From: a virus
Lineage: Duplodnaviria > Caudoviricetes
Virus record (IMG/VR): IMGVR_UViG_3300030419_003947
Span: 1-55,581 of that record
Length of the DNA stretch: 55,581 nt
Direction: 5' to 3' (one strand)
In this document: positions 36,166 through 45,762 of the stretch, in pieces
How the letters are laid out: every line of letters begins with the position of its first letter
Numbering within the stretch: position 1 is the stretch's first letter
The notes under the pieces: model-generated
What the model was told of the DNA's origin: nothing
Seen by the model: the letters and a program-made list of their open reading frames with translations, nothing else
The model's database searches: none
Program-made: the position numbers and the translations under genes

Positions 36166-36631
36166 AACTAAAAAGGGCGAGACTTACATACTCAAAGAAA
36201 AAGTCTTAGCCGAACACATTGCCAGAGAGTTTAATGCTGAAGCGGTAGAGCTTGGCAACGCTACCACCAATGTGGATAGGTTATTTATCAGAGACAGTAA
36301 GGTAGTATCTGTAGTAGAGATTAAGCACCGAGAAATGTCTCTTGCAGATCTTATGAAGTTTGGCACTTACCTTATTTCATATGATAAAATAACTAATGGC
36401 GTAGCTATCTCTGAGTTGCTACACGTTCCCTTCTTTGTCTTTGTGTATTTAGTACGTTCTGGAGACTTAGTTTATTTTAAGATCTCTGATGAAACAGGCA
36501 GGGACATTTGTGACTATGTTGTCGAGAGATCAGAAACAAAAGCAGACTGCAATGGCGGCAATGCCGTCAGAGAGAATGCTTATCTTTACTTAGACAAGAT
36601 GGTTGTAATGTCTACTCCCAAAGATGGGTAA
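36149..36631 (+). CDS. PD-(D/E)XK nuclease-like protein
   Basis: VDRLF...VEIKHRE. Confidence 0.7.
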   Translation: MVLASETKKGETYILKEKVLAEHIAREFNAEAVELGNATTNVDRLFIRDSKVVSVVEIKHREMSLADLMKFGTYLISYDKITNGVAISELLHVPFFVFVYLVRSGDLVYFKISDETGRDICDYVVERSETKADCNGGNAVRENAYLYLDKMVVMSTPKDG

Positions 36632-37184
36632 GTGTAGCATGGGTCGCAAACCTAAATGGACTGAGAAGGATCTAAAGAAGCTTCAGAAGAAGCAGTCCAA
36701 GAATGCCCGTAAGCACTCTCGCACTAGGCGTAAGGTGGCTACTGTAGCAGGAGAGACAGTAGCCCCTAACGCCAGAGGGGTTTATGCTGGAAGGCGCAAA
36801 GATGTACAGGACAGCAGAACCGACAAGCGTCATCCAGATGGTTTGTATTTGCGATCCAGATGGGAAGCTAACTATGCCCGATACCTTATGTGGCTTGAGT
36901 CGAGGGGAGAAATACAACGCTGGGAATATGAACCGGACACCTTTTGGTTTGAAGGAATCAAAAGAGGAGTTCGATCTTATCTCCCCGATTTCAAAATATG
37001 GAAAACCGCAGACTCAGAGCCATACTACGTAGAGGTAAAAGGAAACATGGACAGCAAGTCTGCTACAAAGCTAAAGAGAATGGCCAAGTATCATCCCGAC
37101 ATCTCTTTAGAATTGTGTGATGCCCATGTTTATAATACTATCCGACTGACCTTTGGGAAGATGATTCCCAATTGGGAGGTCTAA
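36624..37184 (+). CDS. PD-(D/E)XK endonuclease (resolvase-like)
   Basis: RSRWEAN, WEYEP, YLPDF, VEVKG. Confidence 0.85.
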   Translation: MGKCSMGRKPKWTEKDLKKLQKKQSKNARKHSRTRRKVATVAGETVAPNARGVYAGRRKDVQDSRTDKRHPDGLYLRSRWEANYARYLMWLESRGEIQRWEYEPDTFWFEGIKRGVRSYLPDFKIWKTADSEPYYVEVKGNMDSKSATKLKRMAKYHPDISLELCDAHVYNTIRLTFGKMIPNWEV

Positions 37185-37192
37185 TAAATAAT

Positions 37193-37277
37193 TGATGGGC
37201 TTTGAGGTTTGGCATCGACTTACATTAAAACCAATCATCATCCTGCATGTCTTCGATGGCATCCTCAAAGCCCATCA
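37193..37277. terminator. Inverted repeat at the convergence of the early and late arms
   Basis: TGATGGGCTTTGAGG (37193-37207) / CCTCAAAGCCCATCA (37263-37277), plus inner CATCGA/TCGATG. Confidence 0.6.
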
Positions 37278-40200
37278 GCTTCGCCTTATCAATTAGCCTT
37301 TGCTTCATGGCACGGGCTACCTCCCTCCGCTGAAATCTCTTAGCCCTCACCACAGCATCTACATCCACACTCCTAAAGTTCAGACCCAATACTTCTCGCA
37401 GTGCTTGCTCAGTAAACTTACCTTCAGACGCTCGTTCTCCCAGCCTTGCTGCTTTACCCACTGGAGGCAGTAGTGTCTTGATTGCATGGTAGGTCTTCTC
37501 GTTGAATGGCAGTTCCATCTCTTCGCCAAAGAACTTAGCCACTGCCGCTTGATCTTGGTAGTCCTGTATATCCGAATCCAAGAAGAAGCTATAGCCTTCG
37601 CTTGGATAGATCTCAGCCCATGTCTTCAAGAAGGGAGTCATAGACGATACCATGTCCTTCATGTTGAGCCTGTTGAGATCGCCGTAGGGCAAGTCTGGCG
37701 CGAAGTATAGTGGCATACCACTGTCGTTTAACGGCAGTGCCTCAGACGTTATAGGCATCCTCATGGCGTTGATGTCATCGAAGTAATCTGGCGTGGGGAT
37801 GCCTTCCCATTCTGCTGACATCGACTCCAAGTTATGCTGTAGCTTTGGCACCATAGCATACCGCTCTGGATGTTCGGCAATAGCTTTGAACTGAAGCGGT
37901 ATGTTCTTACGCATCCATGTGTAGAAGGGGATGATAGTCTTCATGTAGTCCCGCTCAAAGGGCGTAAGCTCACCGTAATCAAACAGGTATCGCTTGACAG
38001 ACTCAGCCGCCTCATCAGCATTCATGCCCATGCCTGTGGCTTTTTTGTTGAGCAGTCCGTTTCCTTTGATTTTGCCTTTGTCCGTAATCATCATCGTGAT
38101 GAAGTGAGCAAGGCGAGCGTTGTTTTCCATCTGCTGGCCAAAGTTTCTGTTGGCGCGAGTGAACATGTTATCGCCAAGCATTCCATAAGCTCTACTGAAA
38201 AAGCTTTCCTTTTCAGAGGTTGCCGTTCCAAGTAAGGCTCGTGCCGTTGCCATTGTTTCTGGCTCTGTCTCTGCGCCACGACCAAGAATGTTTTGAAAGA
38301 GATAATTGGTTTCCTCATCTGGAGTCAGTCCTACCGACCCTCCGTTGGAGAAGTCGTAGACCGTATCCATCATCTCTTTCATGTATTCAAACGTACCCTG
38401 CATGGCCCTGCCAGCGTTCTTATCTGTAGTGCCTTCCAATAAGAACTGCTCAAAGCCCCTCGCAAACTCTTCCTCCCCGTCTACGGTCCAGACAAACCTC
38501 TCCATCAACTGCGTTGCCATCTCATCAATGTCTATCTCAGCATCGGGTGCCATCCGCGCAGCATCTGTGGCTTGCTCTAACATCTCTGCGCGTACCCTGT
38601 TGTATTGATTCTCGCCCAAGATCCATCGATGGATGATATCCTTATCGCCTTCGTCCAGCATCGTGCGCCTAATCAAATGCGCTAGCTCATGGATATAGGT
38701 AGTTGGGTTTGCTCCCTCTGTTACCAAGATATCGGCTCTGCCATCATCTAAGAAATTAATGGCACCATACAGTCCATCTTCTCCATGCTGCTCCATGAAT
38801 TTGGGAGTGCTTAAATCCCATGACCCTACGTTTTCAATAGACTTAATTTGGTTAGGCTTATAGGCCACTCCAACTTGATGAAACAAGCCCGTCGCATCGT
38901 TGGTTCCACCAGCATGAGTAATCCCATCGTATCCTGCTCTTATCATAGCTTGAGATACCAGCCAATCGGCAGCATAGCTACCACCAGCTTCTAATCCCCA
39001 ACCCATTTGATCTGTTAATTTTCCAAACAATTCTTCATCGTTTGCGTCACGAACTAGTGTGCCAGTGAGATCTAGTCTATTAGCCGCATCGCCAAGATAG
39101 TCCATATGATCATCACTGCTTACAGCTAAATACTTAGTAAAAGAATCTGGATGTGACGTAACATCTTGTATAGCTTGCGGCAAAAACCCCTCCCCACTAT
39201 AACGACCAAGTCCCAAGTAGTGCGCTCTAGTTAAATAAAGATCGTCCCTGTTTCTCTGACCCATGCCTATGGGCTTGTTCAGTTCTTTCTGGCTGGGATC
39301 TCTCGGACCCAAACCCATTTCGTTCCAGTACGTGTCTTCCCATTCATCCCAAAATCTCACCCAGTCATCCTCAATTTGTTCGTTAAAATGTTTATAAAAA
39401 TAATTATAAAATTCTTTGGGATCTTTGTCTGGACTAAAAAAAGCTTTTACGCTTTCTTCTACTCCTCCTGCCTCTGCTTCTCGTTTTGCTATTGATGGAG
39501 CATGTAAATCATATAAGTCATTCCATACAATTTGCTGATTTCCCCCTAGCCCCTTGCTCTGTTCTAAGTTGCCAAAGGCTCTACCCATGTCAACAATGTT
39601 GTCTACCGTCACATCCCTGCCATCTACCTTACCACTCTTGCCTCCAACATATTTTATCGCAAGCTCTGTATACCTATCAAGTTCTTCTTTTGTGGTAAAA
39701 ACCTCTTTGTTAAAAAGGTCAAGGTCTTCGTCTGATTTGAAAACTCTTGCAATACCTTTAGGTACCTTGCCCTTGACATAGGGCTTTCTATTAGAGCCAA
39801 TGCTAATCCATAGCTCATCAATGCTTTTAGCAGACCGACCATACTGACCCATATCCATTGCCTGCAATTGCCGTGAATCGAATCCCGCTCTCCAATCAGC
39901 AATATTGATATTTCCAGCGGCTTCCATAGCGGCATTGGTATATATAGACGCAAGTGTTTCAGCAGTAGCAGTGTTTATATTCTCTATTTCATGTTCAAAA
40001 GCCTCTTTACTAAAAGTGGTTTCCATCCTGCCTAATGTGCCAAAAGCTTGCCCTGTCTGTGCCGATGGATTTTTTACCTCCTCTCCCATCCGCAGTGCTT
40101 TGAAGGAACGACCATCATCACTAACCATACTTAACGCATACGGTTTTTTAGCAAACCAATGAAAGCCAAGAACTTCTGGTTCATTACCATACACGTTAAG

Positions 40201-43200
40201 TTGATCTTTTAAGTCAATTATTCTTTTGCCCCATTGATTCTCATATCGTTCCAATGCTACGATCTCACGCAACACCTCATCTTCTGGAGGTTTAACCCTT
40301 ACGTATCTCTCCCCTTTTTGTCGTGCATATTCAAATTTAGGAACAACGGATAGGTCTAATTCTCCAGTAGCTGTTTGAGTAGCAACACCCTCAACTGCTT
40401 GCCAATCTGGATCTTCAATGTAGTACTCGTCGTATGCTTTTCTTAAAACTTCAGTGAAGTCCTTCTCTACATTTTTTAAAGATGTCGGCAACGAATAAAC
40501 TGACGTTCCTCGCCCTGCCTTTCCTTCTGCCAATTCATCTTCTATTTGTTGACGCGCAAGAATATATGTTCTGTATTTTGTCTTCAATGGACCTTCTGGA
40601 ATTTCATCTAACAACTCCCCTGCCCTCTGTCTTACTTTCTGTAACTGCTCTGGACTAGGCCCAACGGGATCCCAAGGAGATCCACTTATTAATTGCTTGG
40701 GCAGCAAGTCGTCATGTCCAAATCGCTTCATCTCATCTGCTAATTCGGGGATGCTTTCATAAAAGCCACGAGTCTCTCCCACACTTGCTCCCGGCACTCC
40801 ACTTTGTTGCGCCCTTAACTGACCTTGGTATGCTGCTACGCCCATCGGATCCCATCCGACATCTGCCATTGGTTGATGTAACATGTATCCAGTAGTTACC
40901 TGCGGCCCTCTTTCTTTAGCATATGGTAAAAAATCCATAGTCATATAGAATCCCGGTCCCATATACTGACTGTACGTTACTGTTGGATCTATTTCTCCCT
41001 CCTTCCTTATCGTTGCGCCATAGTTTGTTCCATGCAAAAATACAGGCAGTATACCTTGTTCATCTTTAAAGAAAGTTCCTTCTGCTGCTTTCTGAAAATT
41101 AGGATTGCTATAGTCAACCTTACTTATGCCGGGAATGCTGGTCTGATGTAAGAAGTCAGACCCTGCCTCTGGCACTCCAGCCGTAGGAACGGTATACGCT
41201 TTGATCTCTCGTATACGATTCTCATACCATTCCTCTGGTGTCTTCCAGTTTTTCCATGCCCATGCTCTGGCGATAACGTCATACGCCTCTGCCGTCTTCT
41301 GCGCCTGTTCCTCCGTAAGATCCCCTCCTGCCCTTTGCACTGCGCCAAACAAAGACTGTGATACGTTGGCTATACGTGCGCTCCTGTCTCCCCAATCCGC
41401 TAGCCCCTCAGAGATGTCAGTAGTCGTAGGCTTCCCTTCACGCAACTGAAGGTTGGTCATTAGCTCTTCGCCAATGCCAAGGTCAGACTCATTGTAGATC
41501 ATCCCCGCCTGTGTTACCCCTCTCTCATCTGCCATCTGCTTGATCTCTGCGCCTGACACTCTGGTGCCATCTGGCAAGTCAAACTTATAGTCTGCTGCCG
41601 TCCTTCGTCCTCCAAGGATACGCTCAATCTTAGAGCGCACAGCCCTGCTCCCGATGTTTTTGGTATCGCCAACCTGTAGCAGCATCGCCTCTGCATACCG
41701 CTTCGGATTGGTAACGCCAGCCAAATAATTATTGAAGATGTTGGAGTAGAGGTTACGCATATGATAGCCGGGGCTGAGAAGAGCATAGGCCTTCCACAGA
41801 CCCTGCACCTGTCGGAAGGTGCTGACCAGTACATTGGTATCGTCGCTACCTGTTATCAACTTGGTCATATCATCCAACTGCTCTTTCATAGCAGATGGTA
41901 TGGCATAGTATATATTATCTTCGCCTTTAGCTTGCTTGGTCTGCTTGCGAACAGAGAGGGCTGGGGCTTTCCATATGGCCATGCCGCTTTCTTTAAGCAT
42001 TTGATGGGTAGGATCACGTAGGTTCTCTGCTACGACTTGGTCAATAGGCACTGCTATACGAGTATCGGATATAATTGTGTCGTAGAACTTCTGCGTATTA
42101 ACCTTCTTAATAGACTCCATGCCACGCCTCGTTGCCATGAGCGCAGCATTCGTTTCCGTAGGCACAAGGTCTTGAAGGCGCGATTCCAAGGTGGGATACT
42201 TCTTGGCATAGGAGGCTTTCATTATGCCATTCTCAGTAATCGTAGCGATGCCGTCTTGCGTTGCCTTCTCATACATGGCACTGCCAGCATCTTTACCAAA
42301 CCGCACCTTAAACATGTTCTCTACGATGGCACGGGACAGTTCGGTGACGGGTTCCATGCCAGCAGAATAGTTGGCTCTGAACTGCGCCTTGTCCAATAGA
42401 CCGACAGCTTCTTCCTCTTCAAAGATCTTATTGAACATATCCTTCCACTCAGCAACCCCCTTAGAAATCACCTGCTTCGTAGCATCGTCCACCTTAAGCT
42501 GATTGATCAGTCCTTGCACAACATCTGGCTGGTCAAGATAAGCCCCCACCAGACGCAACTCTCCCTCATTCATATCAGCAGCGATCTTCAAGATGTTCTC
42601 TCGCAACGCCACTGTCTGCAACGATATAGCTGAATCCTTGCGGATCTGCTGCGCCATAAAATCAACTGTGCCTTCTTTTACATCCTCCGCAGTGACAGCC
42701 TTTGTCCCTTGATCCCCGCTCAGTCGATTAATCGTATCGGCTATCTCCTCTGCTTGATACCCTTCCTTCAATCCCTTCATCAAAGAGTTAGGCATGAAGA
42801 GTCTACGATATGTTTTACCAGCTTCTGAGTTGGTAACAAGGTCGCTTATCCTGCGCGTTCTGGTTGCAGCACCAGCTACCTCATCCAACTTGCCTATGCC
42901 CACAGCTACCTTGCCCAGCCCAAAGCCAAACCATGTCGTGGGATCTAACAGCACATCTGCTACAAACCCTGCTGCGGCTACTGCATATGGATTGGCATCG
43001 TCCATCGTCAGTGCCGTTTCTCCCCGCTTGCCTTCAAATATATCTGCGAATGTAGTGCGCCTTGCCCCCTCTTGATCAATACCTATGGCATTGAGAAACT
43101 CTTCCCCCGCCTGTTGCAAGCCAGCAATAGGACTACCCGTTAGCAAATATTCTTCAAGCCCACCAGCAACGGAATAGTTTCCTACAGAAAGAAAGTCAAA

Positions 43201-43629
43201 CACAGGTTCGATGACATCATCAAAGCCCCAATCATCATCTTCTGCGGCTACTGCTGCTTCAAACTCTTCGTTCAATCCAATCTGCTTAAATAGCTCTACA
43301 TTCCTATCGACCTCTGTTATCGCGCCCAACTCAGCAGTATCCTGTCGGGGCAGACGCTGTGCCGTTGTAAAGCCAGACCCCGGCATTGCGCGAGATGGCA
43401 CACGGGGTTCTATCTGACCAAAGCCCATTTCATCTTCTTCTTCTTCAAATGGATCAATGGTTTTGCGGGTCAGAAAAGATCCTATGATATCATCATAGGG
43501 CATAGCGATGCTGTCATTATAAGCAGAGTCAAACCCGTTAGAAAAAATACTTGTACTATTGGGACTGTCTAAAAAGATTCCACTGTTGGAACCCAAAGCC
43601 TCATCAAATCCCTTGGCAAAAATACTCAT
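37225..43629 (-). CDS. Giant polyvalent ejection-type protein (2134 aa) with HExxH metallopeptidase-like and ART-like motifs
   Basis: IHELAH; FLHGT...GPGFYMT...AGYDG...PNQIKS; C-terminal IPFYTWMRKN motif; last late gene. Confidence 0.75.
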   Translation of the reverse strand: MSIFAKGFDEALGSNSGIFLDSPNSTSIFSNGFDSAYNDSIAMPYDDIIGSFLTRKTIDPFEEEEDEMGFGQIEPRVPSRAMPGSGFTTAQRLPRQDTAELGAITEVDRNVELFKQIGLNEEFEAAVAAEDDDWGFDDVIEPVFDFLSVGNYSVAGGLEEYLLTGSPIAGLQQAGEEFLNAIGIDQEGARRTTFADIFEGKRGETALTMDDANPYAVAAAGFVADVLLDPTTWFGFGLGKVAVGIGKLDEVAGAATRTRRISDLVTNSEAGKTYRRLFMPNSLMKGLKEGYQAEEIADTINRLSGDQGTKAVTAEDVKEGTVDFMAQQIRKDSAISLQTVALRENILKIAADMNEGELRLVGAYLDQPDVVQGLINQLKVDDATKQVISKGVAEWKDMFNKIFEEEEAVGLLDKAQFRANYSAGMEPVTELSRAIVENMFKVRFGKDAGSAMYEKATQDGIATITENGIMKASYAKKYPTLESRLQDLVPTETNAALMATRRGMESIKKVNTQKFYDTIISDTRIAVPIDQVVAENLRDPTHQMLKESGMAIWKAPALSVRKQTKQAKGEDNIYYAIPSAMKEQLDDMTKLITGSDDTNVLVSTFRQVQGLWKAYALLSPGYHMRNLYSNIFNNYLAGVTNPKRYAEAMLLQVGDTKNIGSRAVRSKIERILGGRRTAADYKFDLPDGTRVSGAEIKQMADERGVTQAGMIYNESDLGIGEELMTNLQLREGKPTTTDISEGLADWGDRSARIANVSQSLFGAVQRAGGDLTEEQAQKTAEAYDVIARAWAWKNWKTPEEWYENRIREIKAYTVPTAGVPEAGSDFLHQTSIPGISKVDYSNPNFQKAAEGTFFKDEQGILPVFLHGTNYGATIRKEGEIDPTVTYSQYMGPGFYMTMDFLPYAKERGPQVTTGYMLHQPMADVGWDPMGVAAYQGQLRAQQSGVPGASVGETRGFYESIPELADEMKRFGHDDLLPKQLISGSPWDPVGPSPEQLQKVRQRAGELLDEIPEGPLKTKYRTYILARQQIEDELAEGKAGRGTSVYSLPTSLKNVEKDFTEVLRKAYDEYYIEDPDWQAVEGVATQTATGELDLSVVPKFEYARQKGERYVRVKPPEDEVLREIVALERYENQWGKRIIDLKDQLNVYGNEPEVLGFHWFAKKPYALSMVSDDGRSFKALRMGEEVKNPSAQTGQAFGTLGRMETTFSKEAFEHEIENINTATAETLASIYTNAAMEAAGNINIADWRAGFDSRQLQAMDMGQYGRSAKSIDELWISIGSNRKPYVKGKVPKGIARVFKSDEDLDLFNKEVFTTKEELDRYTELAIKYVGGKSGKVDGRDVTVDNIVDMGRAFGNLEQSKGLGGNQQIVWNDLYDLHAPSIAKREAEAGGVEESVKAFFSPDKDPKEFYNYFYKHFNEQIEDDWVRFWDEWEDTYWNEMGLGPRDPSQKELNKPIGMGQRNRDDLYLTRAHYLGLGRYSGEGFLPQAIQDVTSHPDSFTKYLAVSSDDHMDYLGDAANRLDLTGTLVRDANDEELFGKLTDQMGWGLEAGGSYAADWLVSQAMIRAGYDGITHAGGTNDATGLFHQVGVAYKPNQIKSIENVGSWDLSTPKFMEQHGEDGLYGAINFLDDGRADILVTEGANPTTYIHELAHLIRRTMLDEGDKDIIHRWILGENQYNRVRAEMLEQATDAARMAPDAEIDIDEMATQLMERFVWTVDGEEEFARGFEQFLLEGTTDKNAGRAMQGTFEYMKEMMDTVYDFSNGGSVGLTPDEETNYLFQNILGRGAETEPETMATARALLGTATSEKESFFSRAYGMLGDNMFTRANRNFGQQMENNARLAHFITMMITDKGKIKGNGLLNKKATGMGMNADEAAESVKRYLFDYGELTPFERDYMKTIIPFYTWMRKNIPLQFKAIAEHPERYAMVPKLQHNLESMSAEWEGIPTPDYFDDINAMRMPITSEALPLNDSGMPLYFAPDLPYGDLNRLNMKDMVSSMTPFLKTWAEIYPSEGYSFFLDSDIQDYQDQAAVAKFFGEEMELPFNEKTYHAIKTLLPPVGKAARLGERASEGKFTEQALREVLGLNFRSVDVDAVVRAKRFQRREVARAMKQRLIDKAKLMGFEDAIEDMQDDDWF

Positions 43630-43642
43630 ATTAGCTATTCTC

Positions 43643-45739
43643 CTAATAGTCCAAGCTTTGTGCTACAAGGTTGTTTGCCGTGCCTTGATTGCCTCTATTG
43701 GCAAGAGAGGTGCGTGATCCTGCTCTGTGGGGGGACCATTCTATTGCAGAGCTAATACGTTGCCAACTTTTACCTCGTTGCATACTTCTATATTTCTGTA
43801 CTATTTCTTGTTCCTCTGAAGTGAGGTTGGAAACAGCTCTTCTTCCTTCTCCACCCGGTGCTGTTATACCGGGGTTTTCTCTTATAATTCTATCATATTC
43901 ACTTTTCAAGTTCTCAGGACTGTCTTCTGCTACTTCTGGCTGTGGGCTTGACGCTGGCTCTTCATCGACATCTACCAGAATATCCATTTCCGCAGTACCC
44001 ATATAATGATTGCTAAGTCTATCAAAGACTCTTTTAGCAGCACCAACGGGAATCATACCCGTCATCTCTCTCTGTTCTAATTCCAACCGTGCTTCATCAA
44101 TAGATTGAATTTCATTCTGCGGTCCAGTTTCCAAGGTGCGCCCACTACGAGTCTTTCCAGAAACAGCCGCTTCTATATCAATCTGTGCTGCTTCAAACAA
44201 ACGATCTTCTATGACCGTTTTTTGGTCCCACCACGAAGGGAATCCTTGGTGTATTGCCGTCAAGGTGGCAAGGTCATCACGGGTTTCGGCTATTACATCA
44301 AAGCCAATCTGACCTCCCACGGACTCAAAAAGCTGAAGAGCCTTAACTCTTTCCTCTTGAGTCAAGGACTGATCTTCAAGAATAGACTCTCTTCCGACCT
44401 GTGCGGTAGAGCCAACATTTACTTGCTGTAATGCTGCTATGGCAACGACATCAGGTATAGTCAATCCACCAATCAATCTATTATTATATTTCCTTCTCGT
44501 TGCCATATGTGGAAATTGAGCATTAGCCTGTCTTATTGCCATCTCCCTTACCCGTGGAGAGAAAGCATTAAAAGCCTCTGGCTGGACTTTCTCCTTCGCC
44601 ACCTGTTGGCTCTTGCCATAAAGAGAGGTTGGGTCATCAACAGCAAGCCTTGCAAGAGGATCATCTCCTTCAAATTGCAATCGCCTTCCTCCATAGCGAT
44701 TCATGTCTCCTGCAATTCTAACTGCCGCATCTTCTATATACTGATTATATGCTGCATTTTGTTGTTCAATCATGGACAGACTGCGATCAAACAACTTACG
44801 CATTTCTATTTCTTTTTCTGGTCCTTCTGGGAATTCCTTACTTGCCATATCGTAAGCATGTTGAATCTCTCTCTGACCTGTTGCGTTTTCAATGAGATCC
44901 ATTGCACTGTTTTTAATTATTCCCAATTCCTTAGCTGCCTGTCCATTGTCAATAATCTGCATCAGAAACGAACTGTCATCCATTCCATATTTTCTGACAA
45001 ACTGCCTAGCTTTGCGAAAACCTCCCGCCTGTCCCATTAGATCTTCAACAACTGATAATCTTTGTTGAGTACCCTTGAAATCTAAATAGTCCGGACTGCC
45101 ACCTATTGCGTTTAATGTTTGTTGCCATAGGTTATACCCCTCTCCCGTAGCTATTGCACTGTAGTGTGCCAACTCTTTTTGCAATACAGGATCGGGTGTA
45201 TCTCTCTTAATGATCCTACCAGTATATGCAGCAAGCTTTTTCTGCTCTTCAGCTAAAATTTTTTGTTGATTTTGAAGCTCATTCTTTTGTTCGTTGGAAA
45301 GCCACTTACTATGCGTGTTAAGATATGAGGTTATCGCATCATGATTTCTGTTGATATTCAACAATTCTACGTTGACAGTCTCAAGGGTCACCGACTTGTC
45401 TGGTACGTCTACGCCCCTTTCCCCCGGTGACAGCAAATACTGACTTTGCGCCTTGGTGACCGCAGAATCTGCTGCTTCAACCATTTTATTAATTTCTGGA
45501 GTTGTGTATACGTGAAGCTCACCAGTATCACGATCCGCATGTTGGTATGCTAGACCCCTACCCGTTGGACCACCTTTTTCAAAAAGGTTTCTATCGAATG
45601 CCCCCTCTGTTGTTATACTTTGGCGAGTACGTAGCTGACGTTCTTCATCATACTTGTCAGATAGACTCTGGAGTCCAGAGCTTAATCCAGTGGAAAACCC
45701 TTTAGAAATGCTTTTACCAAGTTTAGAAAAAATGCTCAT
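43643..45739 (-). CDS. Putative internal virion/ejection protein (698 aa)
   Basis: Helical, Gly/Ser amphipathic N-terminus, between the two giant genes. Confidence 0.6.
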   Translation of the reverse strand: MSIFSKLGKSISKGFSTGLSSGLQSLSDKYDEERQLRTRQSITTEGAFDRNLFEKGGPTGRGLAYQHADRDTGELHVYTTPEINKMVEAADSAVTKAQSQYLLSPGERGVDVPDKSVTLETVNVELLNINRNHDAITSYLNTHSKWLSNEQKNELQNQQKILAEEQKKLAAYTGRIIKRDTPDPVLQKELAHYSAIATGEGYNLWQQTLNAIGGSPDYLDFKGTQQRLSVVEDLMGQAGGFRKARQFVRKYGMDDSSFLMQIIDNGQAAKELGIIKNSAMDLIENATGQREIQHAYDMASKEFPEGPEKEIEMRKLFDRSLSMIEQQNAAYNQYIEDAAVRIAGDMNRYGGRRLQFEGDDPLARLAVDDPTSLYGKSQQVAKEKVQPEAFNAFSPRVREMAIRQANAQFPHMATRRKYNNRLIGGLTIPDVVAIAALQQVNVGSTAQVGRESILEDQSLTQEERVKALQLFESVGGQIGFDVIAETRDDLATLTAIHQGFPSWWDQKTVIEDRLFEAAQIDIEAAVSGKTRSGRTLETGPQNEIQSIDEARLELEQREMTGMIPVGAAKRVFDRLSNHYMGTAEMDILVDVDEEPASSPQPEVAEDSPENLKSEYDRIIRENPGITAPGGEGRRAVSNLTSEEQEIVQKYRSMQRGKSWQRISSAIEWSPHRAGSRTSLANRGNQGTANNLVAQSLDY

Positions 45740-45762
45740 TAGATTATCCTTGTTCTTCTGGA

